A stretch of DNA of 64,000 bases from Aulosira sp. ZfuVER01 (GCA_034530615.2 JAVRCV020000056.1:1-64000), one strand, 5' to 3'; shown: positions 20,435-30,386, counted from the first letter of the stretch. Program-made: numbers and translations. Notes: a model not told the origin generated them from the sequence alone.

Positions 20435-21310
20435 TTATTGCTCAGAAATGCATAGCTTCTTTTCTATTATCCAACTTGTCAAAAGATTTTGGTAAGCTAG
20501 CGATCGCTCGGCAAAAAATAGATGCCCCATGCCCTGCAATACAATTAGTTCAGCGTTAGGAATCTGGCTAGTAAGAAATTTTGCGTGTGCAAGAAGGATA
20601 ATTGGATCGCGATCGCCACTCAAAATCAGTGTAGGTGCTTGAATTTTGGGTAAGACATGGCTAATATCCATGTCTGCAAACCACTCAAACAAGTCAACAA
20701 TATTGTTGAGATTGTGTTTGACGGCATCTGGATACACTGCTTCTACTGTTGTTTGTAGAGTAGGTGCATTCCAATAAGCTGCGCGATCGCCTGCGTTAAA
20801 ACTACACGCCAACTTGTAGCCAGCTTGATTGAGCATCAACGCTTTGCAGAGAATTTTACAAAGGAATTTACCAATTACACTATTTTGAGTTAGCCTCTGT
20901 AACCATCCCAATAAACCGTGCCATTGTCCTTGAGAAAAACCAGAAATGCAGAAAACACCTTTTATTTGTTCGGGAAAATTAGCCGCGAGGTTTAAAGCAG
21001 CAAACCCACCTGTTGAATAACCAACTAAAGCCACTGGTTGCTTACCTACCAATTTGTGAATTGCACTCATCAGGATATCGGCTAGCATATCTGCTGTTAA
21101 TAACTCAGGTTGATAGGAGTCGGGATAATGGCCAGGCAAACTGAGGGAATACCAAGGAAGATGTTCTCTAACGAGGGGTGGTAAGTTTGCTATCCAAAAA
21201 TTAGCAGACAGCGTTATTCCATGCAGAAAAATAATTGGTATTCCTGGTTTATTTTGATTTGCACCAAGTGATATTAATTGATGTTCGCCAACTTCAATGT
21301 ACTGTGACAT
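20435..21310 (-). CDS. Alpha/beta hydrolase (possible ACP thioesterase)
   Basis: FLHG, GYSTGG nucleophile elbow, GDRDP, GMGH. Confidence 0.85.
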   Translation of the reverse strand: MSQYIEVGEHQLISLGANQNKPGIPIIFLHGITLSANFWIANLPPLVREHLPWYSLSLPGHYPDSYQPELLTADMLADILMSAIHKLVGKQPVALVGYSTGGFAALNLAANFPEQIKGVFCISGFSQGQWHGLLGWLQRLTQNSVIGKFLCKILCKALMLNQAGYKLACSFNAGDRAAYWNAPTLQTTVEAVYPDAVKHNLNNIVDLFEWFADMDISHVLPKIQAPTLILSGDRDPIILLAHAKFLTSQIPNAELIVLQGMGHLFFAERSLAYQNLLTSWIIEKKLCISEQ

Positions 21311-21767
21311 GAGAAGTAACTAATTCTTTTTCTGGCTGTATCTTACTTACACGCTGCCAAATTAAGCTACCAACAATCTCAATACCATTGACAAGCATAG
21401 GAGGTGTACTCAAAGTAAGTTGTTCGCCATTTAATTGTACAAACCGGACTTGATTTACACCTACCCAGTTTTGGAAAAAACTCACTTCCACATGATGAAT
21501 AACTCGTTCACCTTGAATTTCATAAGTTCCACAATAAGAAACATAACTGTCAGTCGCAGCCACTTTTTCTTCCACAGTACCCGCTGCAATATCTCCGGCT
21601 TGAAATTGCGGACGGTTCGCTTTCATCATTGCTACAGAAACATAGCCATTATCTGTATAAATAATGTAGCCACTGGGGTTATCTCCTAAAGGATAAAAAA
21701 CTTGACCAGTTTCAGTTCTAGTTTCACAGCTAAGAAGTTTCCAAGTACCTACCAGATTATTTTGCAT
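21294..21767 (-). CDS. Lipocalin-like domain protein
   Basis: LVGTWKLLS..PLGDNPSGYIIYTDNGYVS..YVSYCGTY..NWVGVNQVR. Confidence 0.8.
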   Translation of the reverse strand: MQNNLVGTWKLLSCETRTETGQVFYPLGDNPSGYIIYTDNGYVSVAMMKANRPQFQAGDIAAGTVEEKVAATDSYVSYCGTYEIQGERVIHHVEVSFFQNWVGVNQVRFVQLNGEQLTLSTPPMLVNGIEIVGSLIWQRVSKIQPEKELVTSHVTVH

Positions 21768-21822
21768 TTTGTTGAATATTCTATTTGCTAATTCTGTTTG
21801 ATGAGTGAAAGCCTGTTAACTT

Positions 21823-22707
21823 TTAATCAATGCGGCGAAAAGTTAAGCGTAAAAGAAGTAAATCTCCAGTTAAAAAGCCTAGAAGTGCCAGATAAAGATA
21901 ACGTTCGTAGCGATCGAAAACAGTTTTACCAACCAAATTGATGATTTCTGTACGCTTGCTTCTGAAGTTAGTTAACCATGCTTGGAGAGTGCGGACATAA
22001 TCTAGGCGATCGTTGCGAACTGTAATTACTTCAAAAATACCTTCTGCAGCGGCGGTAATTTCTGTGAGTCGCGGAGAATCAGATTCGGGAAATATTTCTT
22101 GATTAGCAAACTGAGCGCCTAAACTTTTTTGTACTTCTTCTGGTTTTCTCTTCCCATAGGCGATAGTTTGAATGGACATCGAACCCCCGGGATTCAACCA
22201 TTCATAACAGCGATTAAAGAAGGTACGATAAACATCAATTTTTTCCTGGCTGGATAATTCTGGTTTGACAAAATGTTCAAAAGCACCAATAGAAATAATG
22301 GCATCAAAAGGCTGTATTGGTGAGTAGTTTAACCAGCTTTCGAGATTAACTTCAATTTGAGGATGCTTGTTAGCAGAAATCCAATTCTTTTGAGCTTCAC
22401 TTAATGTTAGTCCTACAGCTTGCTCAACTCCATGCACATCTACTAAACGTTTGAGTACTGTTCCCCAACCACAACCGATATCTAAAACTCGCTTGGCATT
22501 CTTGGCTTTAGCTTGATTAATATGAAAATCAACTTTTCTAATTTGAGCTAATTCCAGTGCTTCCTCTGGTTCGCCTTCTTCCCAGATAGCACAAGAATAA
22601 ATCATAGTACTATCTAGCCAAAGTTGATAAAAATCATTGCCTACATCGTAATGGTGTTGGATTGCTTGAGGCGAAGCCCCAGGAGTTGCGGTGTTTGCAG
22701 TAGTCAT
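21823..22707 (-). CDS. Cyclopropane-fatty-acyl synthase-family SAM methyltransferase
   Basis: IQHHYDVGNDFYQLWLDSTMIYSCA, VLDIGCGWG, SIGAFEHF, IFP. Confidence 0.9.
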   Translation of the reverse strand: MTTANTATPGASPQAIQHHYDVGNDFYQLWLDSTMIYSCAIWEEGEPEEALELAQIRKVDFHINQAKAKNAKRVLDIGCGWGTVLKRLVDVHGVEQAVGLTLSEAQKNWISANKHPQIEVNLESWLNYSPIQPFDAIISIGAFEHFVKPELSSQEKIDVYRTFFNRCYEWLNPGGSMSIQTIAYGKRKPEEVQKSLGAQFANQEIFPESDSPRLTEITAAAEGIFEVITVRNDRLDYVRTLQAWLTNFRSKRTEIINLVGKTVFDRYERYLYLALLGFLTGDLLLLRLTFRRID

Positions 22708-22749
22708 GATGTTTATGTTTGTGATTAATCGATATGTTGAGCTAAAAAT

Positions 22750-23061
22750 CTAGAGCGCAATTTTAAGTTCTGTTGTGCCTGCTGCTAAACGTTGTGACAA
22801 AACTTCGATACTGGGTAAGTCATATAATAAAGTTGGCGATAAATCCTGTCCGATTAAACTTTCTAAATGGGAAATCAAACTGACTGATGATAATGAATCT
22901 AAACCGTATTCATTAAACCGAGCTTTAATATTAACTTGATGTGGCTCAACTTCTAAAATTTCGGCAATATAAGCAACTATCGATTCTTGAATTACCTCTG
23001 CACTCAGAGTATTTTTTTGAGAGTCTAAGGCATTATTAGTAACAGTACTGGTGAGTTCCAT
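22750..23061 (-). CDS. Acyl carrier protein (JamC-like)
   Basis: FNEYGLDSLSS phosphopantetheine site, LSPTLLYDLPSI; ATG at 23061 (ORF track 23067). Confidence 0.85.
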   Translation of the reverse strand: MELTSTVTNNALDSQKNTLSAEVIQESIVAYIAEILEVEPHQVNIKARFNEYGLDSLSSVSLISHLESLIGQDLSPTLLYDLPSIEVLSQRLAAGTTELKIAL

Positions 23062-23107
23062 CTTCAAAACCTTATTGAGTATCAGTTGAATTGCTTTGAT
23101 ACTTTAC

Positions 23108-23142
23108 AGATTAGAGATAAATCGGGGAGAACTAGGGGAGAA
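23108..23142 (-). promoter_or_regulatory. Conserved promoter box copy 1 (upstream of ACP sub-operon)
   Basis: minus strand TTCTCCCCTAGTTCTCCCCGAT-TTATCTC-TAATCT. Confidence 0.8.
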
Positions 23143-23268
23143 GAATACCAGGTGTAGATTTTAGATTTGGATTGCAAGTAATCGCCTTAAAGCTAAAAGC
23201 CCACATAGGTGGGCTAAATGTGAAAAACAACTGTTATGCTCTGCGCAACCGTATAAGAAGTTACATCA

Positions 23269-24282
23269 TTAGTCAAAAGCTTGAGAATTCCATAAACGCC
23301 GCCAAGCTTCTGTAATTGTTAATTGATTATAGTCTTGAGGAAAGTGCTTTTTCAGCAGATCGCTGACTAATGGATAGTAAGAAGGATGCATTGCTGGAAA
23401 TAGATGATGTTCGGTGTGATAAGAGAAATTGTTATGAATCAAATTGAACAAGGGAGGTACTGTTACAGATGTAGTACCTTGCACAGAATTATTTTGCGCT
23501 TTTATAGGATTGAGGAAATGATTCGTCGCTACATAAATGACTTCAATCACTGAAGCAATCAATATAGGTAATATCCCAACAAATAAGTACTTTAACCAGT
23601 TACATTGAACGGCTGAAAAAATTATAGTCTGGATTAAAATGATAATGCCTGTTTCAATAATAATTGAGAATTTTTCTTTGAGAGTATATGGTACTTGATA
23701 AGGAACTATATACAGCTTGCTTTTTGGTGAGATAAAAACAGCTATGAAATTACGCAAGATGTAAAAGACAAAGTGAATATAGGCGAAAGGATTAATGAAT
23801 CTTAGTAGTAATTTGTTTTTCTGCGGATAGAAGATCCAAGTATAAATCCATTTAATACAAGTTTTTTCTGAAGTTAACCATCGCCGATCGGGGTCTTTAA
23901 ATGTTGCTGCATTAGGATGATGCGTTCGATGATGAATATGTATCCACATCGTTAGAGGGATAAAATTTATTCCCCACACTAACACTTCTAGAAAATGTCT
24001 CTGCCAAGATTTTGCCATAACTGAGCCATGACTCAAATCGTGACCAAAAAAAACTAGACCTGGCAAGCAATTTCCTGACAATAAACTTGCAAGTAAAAAT
24101 ATCCAAATATTATTGGAGTAGTGTGTTAAGGTAATTGCTGAGATAAATAGCGAAAAATTAGCCAGAAAATACCAGAGATAACTTGGCTTTTTTTGAAAAG
24201 CTTCTTTAGGTAAAAAAGGACGGATGGTTTGAATATAGTATTGATCTGTATGTGTTAGGGGCTGTTGCTCTGTCGTATTCAT
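23269..24282 (-). CDS. Membrane fatty acid desaturase
   Basis: His boxes HDLSH, HIHHRTHH, HTEHH. Confidence 0.9.
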   Translation of the reverse strand: MNTTEQQPLTHTDQYYIQTIRPFLPKEAFQKKPSYLWYFLANFSLFISAITLTHYSNNIWIFLLASLLSGNCLPGLVFFGHDLSHGSVMAKSWQRHFLEVLVWGINFIPLTMWIHIHHRTHHPNAATFKDPDRRWLTSEKTCIKWIYTWIFYPQKNKLLLRFINPFAYIHFVFYILRNFIAVFISPKSKLYIVPYQVPYTLKEKFSIIIETGIIILIQTIIFSAVQCNWLKYLFVGILPILIASVIEVIYVATNHFLNPIKAQNNSVQGTTSVTVPPLFNLIHNNFSYHTEHHLFPAMHPSYYPLVSDLLKKHFPQDYNQLTITEAWRRLWNSQAFD

Positions 24283-24341
24283 AATTAAATTCTGCTTCGC
24301 TGATTATAGATTTGCTTTTGAAGAGCTAGAACTACACTTAT

Positions 24342-25310
24342 TTATAGCAATCGCACGCTTTTTGATTGCATCATTTCCGGTGTAGGTTGATTCACATCCC
24401 AAACTAAACCTAGACTCTGCAATACCACAATTACCCAATAGCCAATGTCAATTTGCCACCATTGCAACCCAAATTTAGCTGAGTTTTGAAAAGCGTGATG
24501 ATTGTTGTGCCAAGATTCGCCAAAAGTAGGTAAAGCCAGCCAAAGATTATTTGTGCTTTTTTCTTTGGTATCAAAACTACGAGTACCATAAAGATGGCAA
24601 ATTGAGTTAATGCACCAAGTTGTGTGCTGTCCTAAATATAGACGAATAACTCCACCCCACAAAAAACCATGCCAAGCACCAATCCAATTTCCTGTAAGAA
24701 TAAAAGCGACAACCGCCGGAAAAACCAGACCCAAAATCACCCAAACAAAATACAGTTGGTTAAGCTTGCAAATTGTTTTGTCTCGTAGCAGTTCCGGTGC
24801 ATAGTAAAGTGGGTTGGGATAATCGTACTCAACTTTCCACCACAGATGAGCGTGCCAAAATCCGGAAAGCTGATTGCGCCAACCTGTACCGTGTAAATGT
24901 GGAGAATGGGTATCCCCAACCTCATCACTATAGCGATGGTGGTGTCTGTGGTTAGCAACCCAAGAAAGCACAGGGCCTTCCGCACCTGTGGAACCGAGAA
25001 TTACTAGCAGAATCCGAATAATTGGATGTGCTTGAAAAGCACGATGGGTAAAGTAGCGGTGATAGCCAACGGTAATTCCTACAGAGGTGAGAAACCACAT
25101 CCCTAGAAACACTGTGATATCAACTATACCGATTGGCTTGCCCCATAAACAGGCGATCGCTAAAATAAACCCAACAAAAGGTAGAACATCACACAATAAA
25201 AAATGACGCTTTTGCAACAACTTAATGTAGCTGTTGCTCATGGTTTTCTTCTTTAATAAATCAGTAGCACGATTAATTGATGCAGATTCAACGCTAATAC
25301 TGGTTTCCAT
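24342..25310 (-). CDS. JamB-like acyl-ACP desaturase/acetylenase (delta-9 family)
   Basis: HRYFTH, HRHHH, HNNHH boxes; RHFLL and YPNPLYYAPELLRDKTI segments recall JamB. Confidence 0.8.
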   Translation of the reverse strand: METSISVESASINRATDLLKKKTMSNSYIKLLQKRHFLLCDVLPFVGFILAIACLWGKPIGIVDITVFLGMWFLTSVGITVGYHRYFTHRAFQAHPIIRILLVILGSTGAEGPVLSWVANHRHHHRYSDEVGDTHSPHLHGTGWRNQLSGFWHAHLWWKVEYDYPNPLYYAPELLRDKTICKLNQLYFVWVILGLVFPAVVAFILTGNWIGAWHGFLWGGVIRLYLGQHTTWCINSICHLYGTRSFDTKEKSTNNLWLALPTFGESWHNNHHAFQNSAKFGLQWWQIDIGYWVIVVLQSLGLVWDVNQPTPEMMQSKSVRLL

Positions 25311-25350
25311 ATTCCCAACTTTGATAACTGATGCAAGATTTATGCAGAGC

Positions 25351-25434
25351 TAGGGTGTGTTATGCCGTAGGCTAACGCACCATCAAAAATTCAAGCTGCG
25401 TCGGTGCGTTGCGCTGCGCGACAACACACCCTAC
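25351..25434. repeat. Palindromic dispersed repeat (REP/SDR-like); second copy 56168-56244, half copy 39179-39209
   Basis: tagggtgtgttatgccgtaggctaacgcacc...ggtgcgttgcgctgcgcgacaacacaccctac at both loci. Confidence 0.85.
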
Positions 25435-25439
25435 TGCGA

Positions 25440-27206
25440 TTATGCAGATAAAGGATGATTTACACTTGCAACTGGCGCTAAACTTGGCAAAATCTCTAAT
25501 TTCTGAGCTAAAAACTGCTCTCTGCAAGCATAGCGCTGGATTTTACCGCTAGAAGTTTTCGGGAGAGTGGCTGTTTTAATCAACGCTACAGTATGAATCT
25601 GTAACTCATGCTGTTGTAAAACCGCTTGCCGAATTTTCCCTACCACTTCTGCAACGTTGAGATGGCGCAGATATTGTCGCTCAACTTCTTGCACAATTAC
25701 TAGCCGTAGTACATTTTCGCGCTCAATGGTAAAAGCTGCACCAGCGCCAAGTCTGAGGGATGGATGAGCTTGAGCAACTGTTAATTCGATATCGTGGGGA
25801 TAATAGTTGCGTCCCCGAATAATGATTAAATCTTTGATACGTCCTGTAACGAAGAGTTCGCCTTGATGTAAAAAGCCTAAGTCTCCTGTGCGTAAAAATG
25901 GCCCTTGTTGGCTATCTGCCAAGTATGCTTGGAAATATTCTTTTGTAGCTTCGGGATTATTCCAGTATCCTTGAGCGACACTAGCACCTGACACCCAAAT
26001 TTCTCCGACTTCATTGGGCGAACATGGAGTTAAAGTTTCTGGATTGACAATGACAACTTGCAGATTTGCTAAACTTTGCCCACAACTCACAAGATTTTGG
26101 CTATCAAGATGATTATCGCTAGGAATCACTTGATGCTGTTTCAAAGCTTTTTCCGCTACCGTTTCCACAATGGGTAAAGCGGCTTTATCTCCCCCAGCAA
26201 TAATCAGCGTAGTTTCTGCCATCCCGTAACAGGGATAAAACGCTTCGCGACGGAAACCACAAGGTGTAAATAGAGTAGCAAACTGCTCCATTGTTTCTGC
26301 GCGTACGGGTTCCGCACCATTAAAAGCAACTTCCCAACTGCTCAAATCGAGAGTGGCACGTTGTTCTGGGGTAATTTTACGCACACATAAATCATAAGCA
26401 AAGTTGGGGCCGCCACTGGTAGTTGCTTGGTAACGCGAAATCGCTTGCAACCAGTAAAAAGGCTTTTGTAAGAAAATCATTGGCGGCATGAGGAAGACGG
26501 AAAAACCACCGTAAAGCGGTTGTAAAATACCGCCAATCAAGCCCATGTCATGGTAAGCAGGTAGCCAAATAACACCCCGACTCTCTGGAGAATGCTGAAA
26601 CGATTGATAAATTAAAGAGGAATTGTGCAGTAAATTAGCGTGGCTGATCGTCACACCTTTTGGTGTGGAGGTGGAGCCAGAAGTGTACTGTAAGAAGGCG
26701 AGGGTATCACTACTAACTTCCACTCGTCGCCAATCTTGCGCCCAATTGTTATCTAGGTTATCGGTAGCTTGCCATTGTAGCGATCGCAAATCCGCAAACT
26801 CTTGTAACTGCGGCTGAACCAGGGCTAAAACCGCTTTAGTTGTGAGTGCAATCTTAGCTTGAGCATTCGCTGCGATCGCTTGTAGTCGTGAGATAGATTG
26901 ATTGGGGCGCGGAGGATAAGCCGGAACCGCAACTGCACCTGCATACAAACAGCCAAAGAAAGCCGCAGCAAAATCTAATCCTGGTGGATAAAGTAATAAA
27001 ACTCGCTCTTGGTAGGCTTTTTGGCTTTGCAAATATGCTGCGATCGCTTGGGCTTTTTGATGTAATTCCCTATATGTAAAACTGCTATCTTCAGTAATCC
27101 CATCTGCAAGGAAGGTATAAGCTGTTTGCTGCGGCTGATGGCTGGCTCGATACTCCAACAGATCTACCAAAGTAGTCACGCTCGCATCGATTGATGTATG
27201 TCTCAT
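25440..27206 (-). CDS. Fatty acyl-AMP ligase (FAAL)
   Basis: AFLQYTSGSTSTPKG, WLPAYHDMGLIG, YPCYGMAE, LRTGDLG, PKTSSGKIQR. Confidence 0.92.
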   Translation of the reverse strand: MRHTSIDASVTTLVDLLEYRASHQPQQTAYTFLADGITEDSSFTYRELHQKAQAIAAYLQSQKAYQERVLLLYPPGLDFAAAFFGCLYAGAVAVPAYPPRPNQSISRLQAIAANAQAKIALTTKAVLALVQPQLQEFADLRSLQWQATDNLDNNWAQDWRRVEVSSDTLAFLQYTSGSTSTPKGVTISHANLLHNSSLIYQSFQHSPESRGVIWLPAYHDMGLIGGILQPLYGGFSVFLMPPMIFLQKPFYWLQAISRYQATTSGGPNFAYDLCVRKITPEQRATLDLSSWEVAFNGAEPVRAETMEQFATLFTPCGFRREAFYPCYGMAETTLIIAGGDKAALPIVETVAEKALKQHQVIPSDNHLDSQNLVSCGQSLANLQVVIVNPETLTPCSPNEVGEIWVSGASVAQGYWNNPEATKEYFQAYLADSQQGPFLRTGDLGFLHQGELFVTGRIKDLIIIRGRNYYPHDIELTVAQAHPSLRLGAGAAFTIERENVLRLVIVQEVERQYLRHLNVAEVVGKIRQAVLQQHELQIHTVALIKTATLPKTSSGKIQRYACREQFLAQKLEILPSLAPVASVNHPLSA

Positions 27207-27943
27207 TTGACGCCTACCAATTCAGGTTTAGCAGTAATTTTCTCACCTTGCCACTTAATAGCAGCTTCCAGTTCTGAACCTAAGTAGGGACGAATATTTA
27301 ATTCAGCCCGAATTTCTTCTAAAGGTTTTTCCCATAATGTATTCCAAGGAACGCCAAACAGAGGTTGTGCTTGTTGTCCCATAATCCAGCCGCGCACAAA
27401 AGCTTCCATGTGCTGACTGCACAAATCCATATCTTCAATCGCAGTTTTGAGGAAATTTTTCGCCAGTAACACCACCCAAAAACGAGCAGGATAAAACTGA
27501 GTCAAAGAAAATGTCTCTACTTGAATTTCTCCAGCTTTGTCTGTATTGCTACCAGTAACCACGTGCCAGATATCATGCGTTTCCATCACATAATTGAACA
27601 AATATCTATAGGTATCTGATGTATGTTCGCGCACTGGCGGCGGAGTTAATCTGTTTCTCAGCATGTGATCGGCGTAAATATAGCCAAAGGTGTTGGTAGG
27701 TAATTGATGGAGTTGCTGTAAATCAATCTTACCCAGGAGCTTTTTTTCAGCTAGGGCTATTCTTCCCCGTTCCGTGCGAGAGAGAAACTGCACAATTTGA
27801 TTGAGACTCTTGGGATCGATTGCTGCATCAGATAAATTGCCACCTGCGCCAAAGGAACCGTAAGGTAGCTGGACAATGCGCATGAAGCGATAGGCGAATA
27901 TCAGCTTTTTTAGCTCTTTTTTGAGATTTTGTAGAATTTGCAT
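27203..27943 (-). CDS. Coq4-family protein
   Basis: LPTNTFGYIYA, ETHDIWHVVTG..GE (HDxxH-x-E metal motif); 4-bp overlap with FAAL. Confidence 0.8.
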   Translation of the reverse strand: MQILQNLKKELKKLIFAYRFMRIVQLPYGSFGAGGNLSDAAIDPKSLNQIVQFLSRTERGRIALAEKKLLGKIDLQQLHQLPTNTFGYIYADHMLRNRLTPPPVREHTSDTYRYLFNYVMETHDIWHVVTGSNTDKAGEIQVETFSLTQFYPARFWVVLLAKNFLKTAIEDMDLCSQHMEAFVRGWIMGQQAQPLFGVPWNTLWEKPLEEIRAELNIRPYLGSELEAAIKWQGEKITAKPELVGVK

Positions 27944-27976
27944 TTGATTGATCTCCCAGCGATGCTTGTGTTTTTT

Positions 27977-28011
27977 AAGTTAAAGAGCGATCGGGGAGAA
28001 CTAGGGGAGAA
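27977..28011 (-). promoter_or_regulatory. Conserved promoter box copy 2 (upstream of coq4-FAAL operon)
   Basis: minus strand TTCTCCCCTAGTTCTCCCCGAT-CGCTCTT-TAACTT. Confidence 0.8.
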
Positions 28012-28065
28012 ATGAGAATCAGATGAGAAGAAGATGAGAGAGTTAAGATTGTAGGAGCACTTCAG

Positions 28066-28094
28066 ATCCCCGACTTCTTGAAGAAGTCGGGGAT
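28066..28094. repeat. Perfect 14-bp inverted repeat (dispersed palindrome or terminator)
   Basis: atccccgacttctt-g-aagaagtcggggat. Confidence 0.75.
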
Positions 28095-28122
28095 ATAGGC
28101 AACCATTCTTGCTTAAGTTATA

Positions 28123-28515
28123 TCAACTCTCTATTTCGCTATAAGCCCAACCCAATACTTCACTGATTTGCCCTGCCAGTTTTAAAGGACGAAAAGGCTT
28201 GGCAAATATAGCGGCTACATCTAATCCAGTAAAGCAGTCTTGATCTGAATCTTGAACTTTGGCAGTGAGTAAAATTACTGGAATTTGCTGAGTAACAGGG
28301 TTAGCCTTTAATTTTTGCAAGGTGGCACGCCCATCCATATCAGGCATCATCATATCTAGCAGGATGACATCAACTTGTGAGTTGGCAGCTATATTCAACG
28401 CTTCCCGTCCAGAACAAGCCGTCAACACATTCCAACCAGCACCCAATTCTAATCCCAATTTAGCGATCGCCTGCACATCTTCTTCATCATCAACAATCAA
28501 GATATTTCTGCTCAT
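28123..28515 (-). CDS. Single-domain response regulator (RcaF/CheY-like)
   Basis: MSRNILIVDD..ILLDMMMPDMDG..AKPF; the longer 28581 start overlaps the promoter box. Confidence 0.85.
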   Translation of the reverse strand: MSRNILIVDDEEDVQAIAKLGLELGAGWNVLTACSGREALNIAANSQVDVILLDMMMPDMDGRATLQKLKANPVTQQIPVILLTAKVQDSDQDCFTGLDVAAIFAKPFRPLKLAGQISEVLGWAYSEIES

Positions 28516-28567
28516 GGTGCCATCCTTGCATGATATGTGATGCTGACTAGCTTGATTACCTGGAGCT

Positions 28568-28602
28568 ATTCTAAAATGCAATCGGGGAGAAGTGGGGGAG
28601 AT
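28568..28602 (-). promoter_or_regulatory. Conserved promoter box copy 3 (upstream of single-REC gene)
   Basis: minus strand ATCTCCCCCACTTCTCCCCGAT-TGCATTT-TAGAAT. Confidence 0.8.
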
Positions 28603-28620
28603 TGAAGCAGCGATTAGTTG

Positions 28621-30150
28621 CTAATTAGAGACAGCTAAAGGTAAAAGTACATAAAAGGTGCTACCTTCCCCTAAAACGCTTTGAACCCAGATTTTACCGT
28701 TATGTTGCTGCACAATATTCCGGCAAATCGCCAGTCCTAAACCTGTTCCGCCTTTGTTGCGAGAATCAGATGCATCTACCTGCTGAAAGCGCTCAAAGAT
28801 AATTTGTAATTTATCTTCAGGAATTCCTCGCCCTTCATCTCGAATAGTAATCAACAGGTAGCTGGGTGTATCTTTTTGAGACTCAACACCTTGATTTTCT
28901 GAAAGTGTCGCACCGATCCAAACAGTATCCCCTGGTTCCGAAAACTTAATCGCATTGCTGAGTAAGTTAGTCAAGGTTTGCAAAAGGCGATCGGAATCTG
29001 CCCAAAGTTCAACTGCTAAAGGATTAACAATTAGTTTGACTTGGAGTTTATCTGCCATTGCTTGCATGGCTTCTGTTGCTGTAATCAGCAGTTCAGCAGC
29101 GTTGCACTTGCCCATACGCATGAAGATTTTGCCCGATTTCATCCGTTCTAAATCGAGAATATCGTTCACCAAACGAATTAGACGTTCCGTGTTATTGGTA
29201 GCAATGCTCAAAACTTTTTGTCCCTGTGCAGTTAAAGTTCCTAGTTGTCCTGCACCCAATAAATCTAATGCTCCCATTGTTGAAGTTAAAGGTGTACGTA
29301 ACTCATGACTGACTAAAGAAATAAACTCGTTTTCTAGGCGTTTGCGTTCGGTGATGTCATTGGCAATTAATAAAGCGCATGGTACTCCCGCTAGATCAAT
29401 TAATTCGATAGAAAGTAAGATGGTTTTGATTTCGGCAGATTTGGTAGAAAATTCAAATTCCAGATTGTACAGTGAACCACTATCAGGTAAACGTTGAATT
29501 GTTTGGGCGATCGCTGCTGTATTTTTACCTAAATCGAGTTCTGCAACTGTATGTCCAATTACCTCTTCTAAACAATAGCCACTCATTTTTAAGAAGCTGG
29601 GATTGACATCAAGAACCCGCGCTTCCGAAATTGTGGCGATCACGATCGGGTTAGGACTAGAACGAAAAACTTTAGCAAACTTCTCTTCGGCTTTAGCGCG
29701 CTCTCTTATTTCTTGCTGTAACTGCTGATTTTGCGCTTGGAGTTGCTTTTGGAGTTGGCGAATCGTCAAGTGATTTTCAATTCTGGCTAAAACTTCTTCT
29801 AGTTGAAAAGGCTTAGTAATATAGTCAACCCCGCCAACTGCAAACGCCTTCACCTTATCCAACACATCACCCAAAGCGCTGATAAAAATTACCGGAATCT
29901 CACAAGTGCGATCGCTTGTCTTTAATTGTTGACAAACTTCATAACCATTCATCTCTGGCATATTCACATCTAGCAAAATCAAATCAGGAGGAACTGCATT
30001 TGCTCCCCGCAACCCTGTAGAACCTTTAGTCACGCTGCGAACTTTATATCCTTGTTCGGTCAGCATCGCAGATAAAAGATTTAGATTTTCCGGTGTATCA
30101 TCAATTACCAATATGTCTGCTTTCGGAGAGTTGGATAATTGTTTGGGCAT
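28621..30150 (-). CDS. Hybrid histidine kinase REC-PAS-HisKA-HATPase
   Basis: ILVIDD..DVNMP; VSHELRTPL; NLLSNAIKF; GGTGLGLAIC. Confidence 0.92.
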   Translation of the reverse strand: MPKQLSNSPKADILVIDDTPENLNLLSAMLTEQGYKVRSVTKGSTGLRGANAVPPDLILLDVNMPEMNGYEVCQQLKTSDRTCEIPVIFISALGDVLDKVKAFAVGGVDYITKPFQLEEVLARIENHLTIRQLQKQLQAQNQQLQQEIRERAKAEEKFAKVFRSSPNPIVIATISEARVLDVNPSFLKMSGYCLEEVIGHTVAELDLGKNTAAIAQTIQRLPDSGSLYNLEFEFSTKSAEIKTILLSIELIDLAGVPCALLIANDITERKRLENEFISLVSHELRTPLTSTMGALDLLGAGQLGTLTAQGQKVLSIATNNTERLIRLVNDILDLERMKSGKIFMRMGKCNAAELLITATEAMQAMADKLQVKLIVNPLAVELWADSDRLLQTLTNLLSNAIKFSEPGDTVWIGATLSENQGVESQKDTPSYLLITIRDEGRGIPEDKLQIIFERFQQVDASDSRNKGGTGLGLAICRNIVQQHNGKIWVQSVLGEGSTFYVLLPLAVSN

Positions 30151-30341
30151 CGCAATCTTAGCTTGAGCCAGAATCGGCTACGTAATTGTGAATAAAAATT
30201 CTAACGTTAATTTCTTAGCTTAATAATCCTTTATAAAAACTTCTTCATAGCTTTATCGTAAATAAAAGGGTTTAAGACCCCTACTTCGATACGTAGCATC
30301 AGTTTCAGTCGGGGTTTAAATCCCCGTCTGAAAATATCTTT

Positions 30342-30380
30342 AATTTTGAATTTTGAATTTTGAATTTTGAATTTTGAATT
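30342..30380. repeat. Heptamer tandem repeat (AATTTTG x5)
   Basis: Read directly; similar tract at 39555-39579. Confidence 0.9.
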
Positions 30381-30386
30381 GTTAAT

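Noticed and set aside
28516..28581. N-terminal extension of the REC gene in the ORF track
   Set aside because: Overlaps the promoter box and -10 element; the REC domain starts at MSRNILIV
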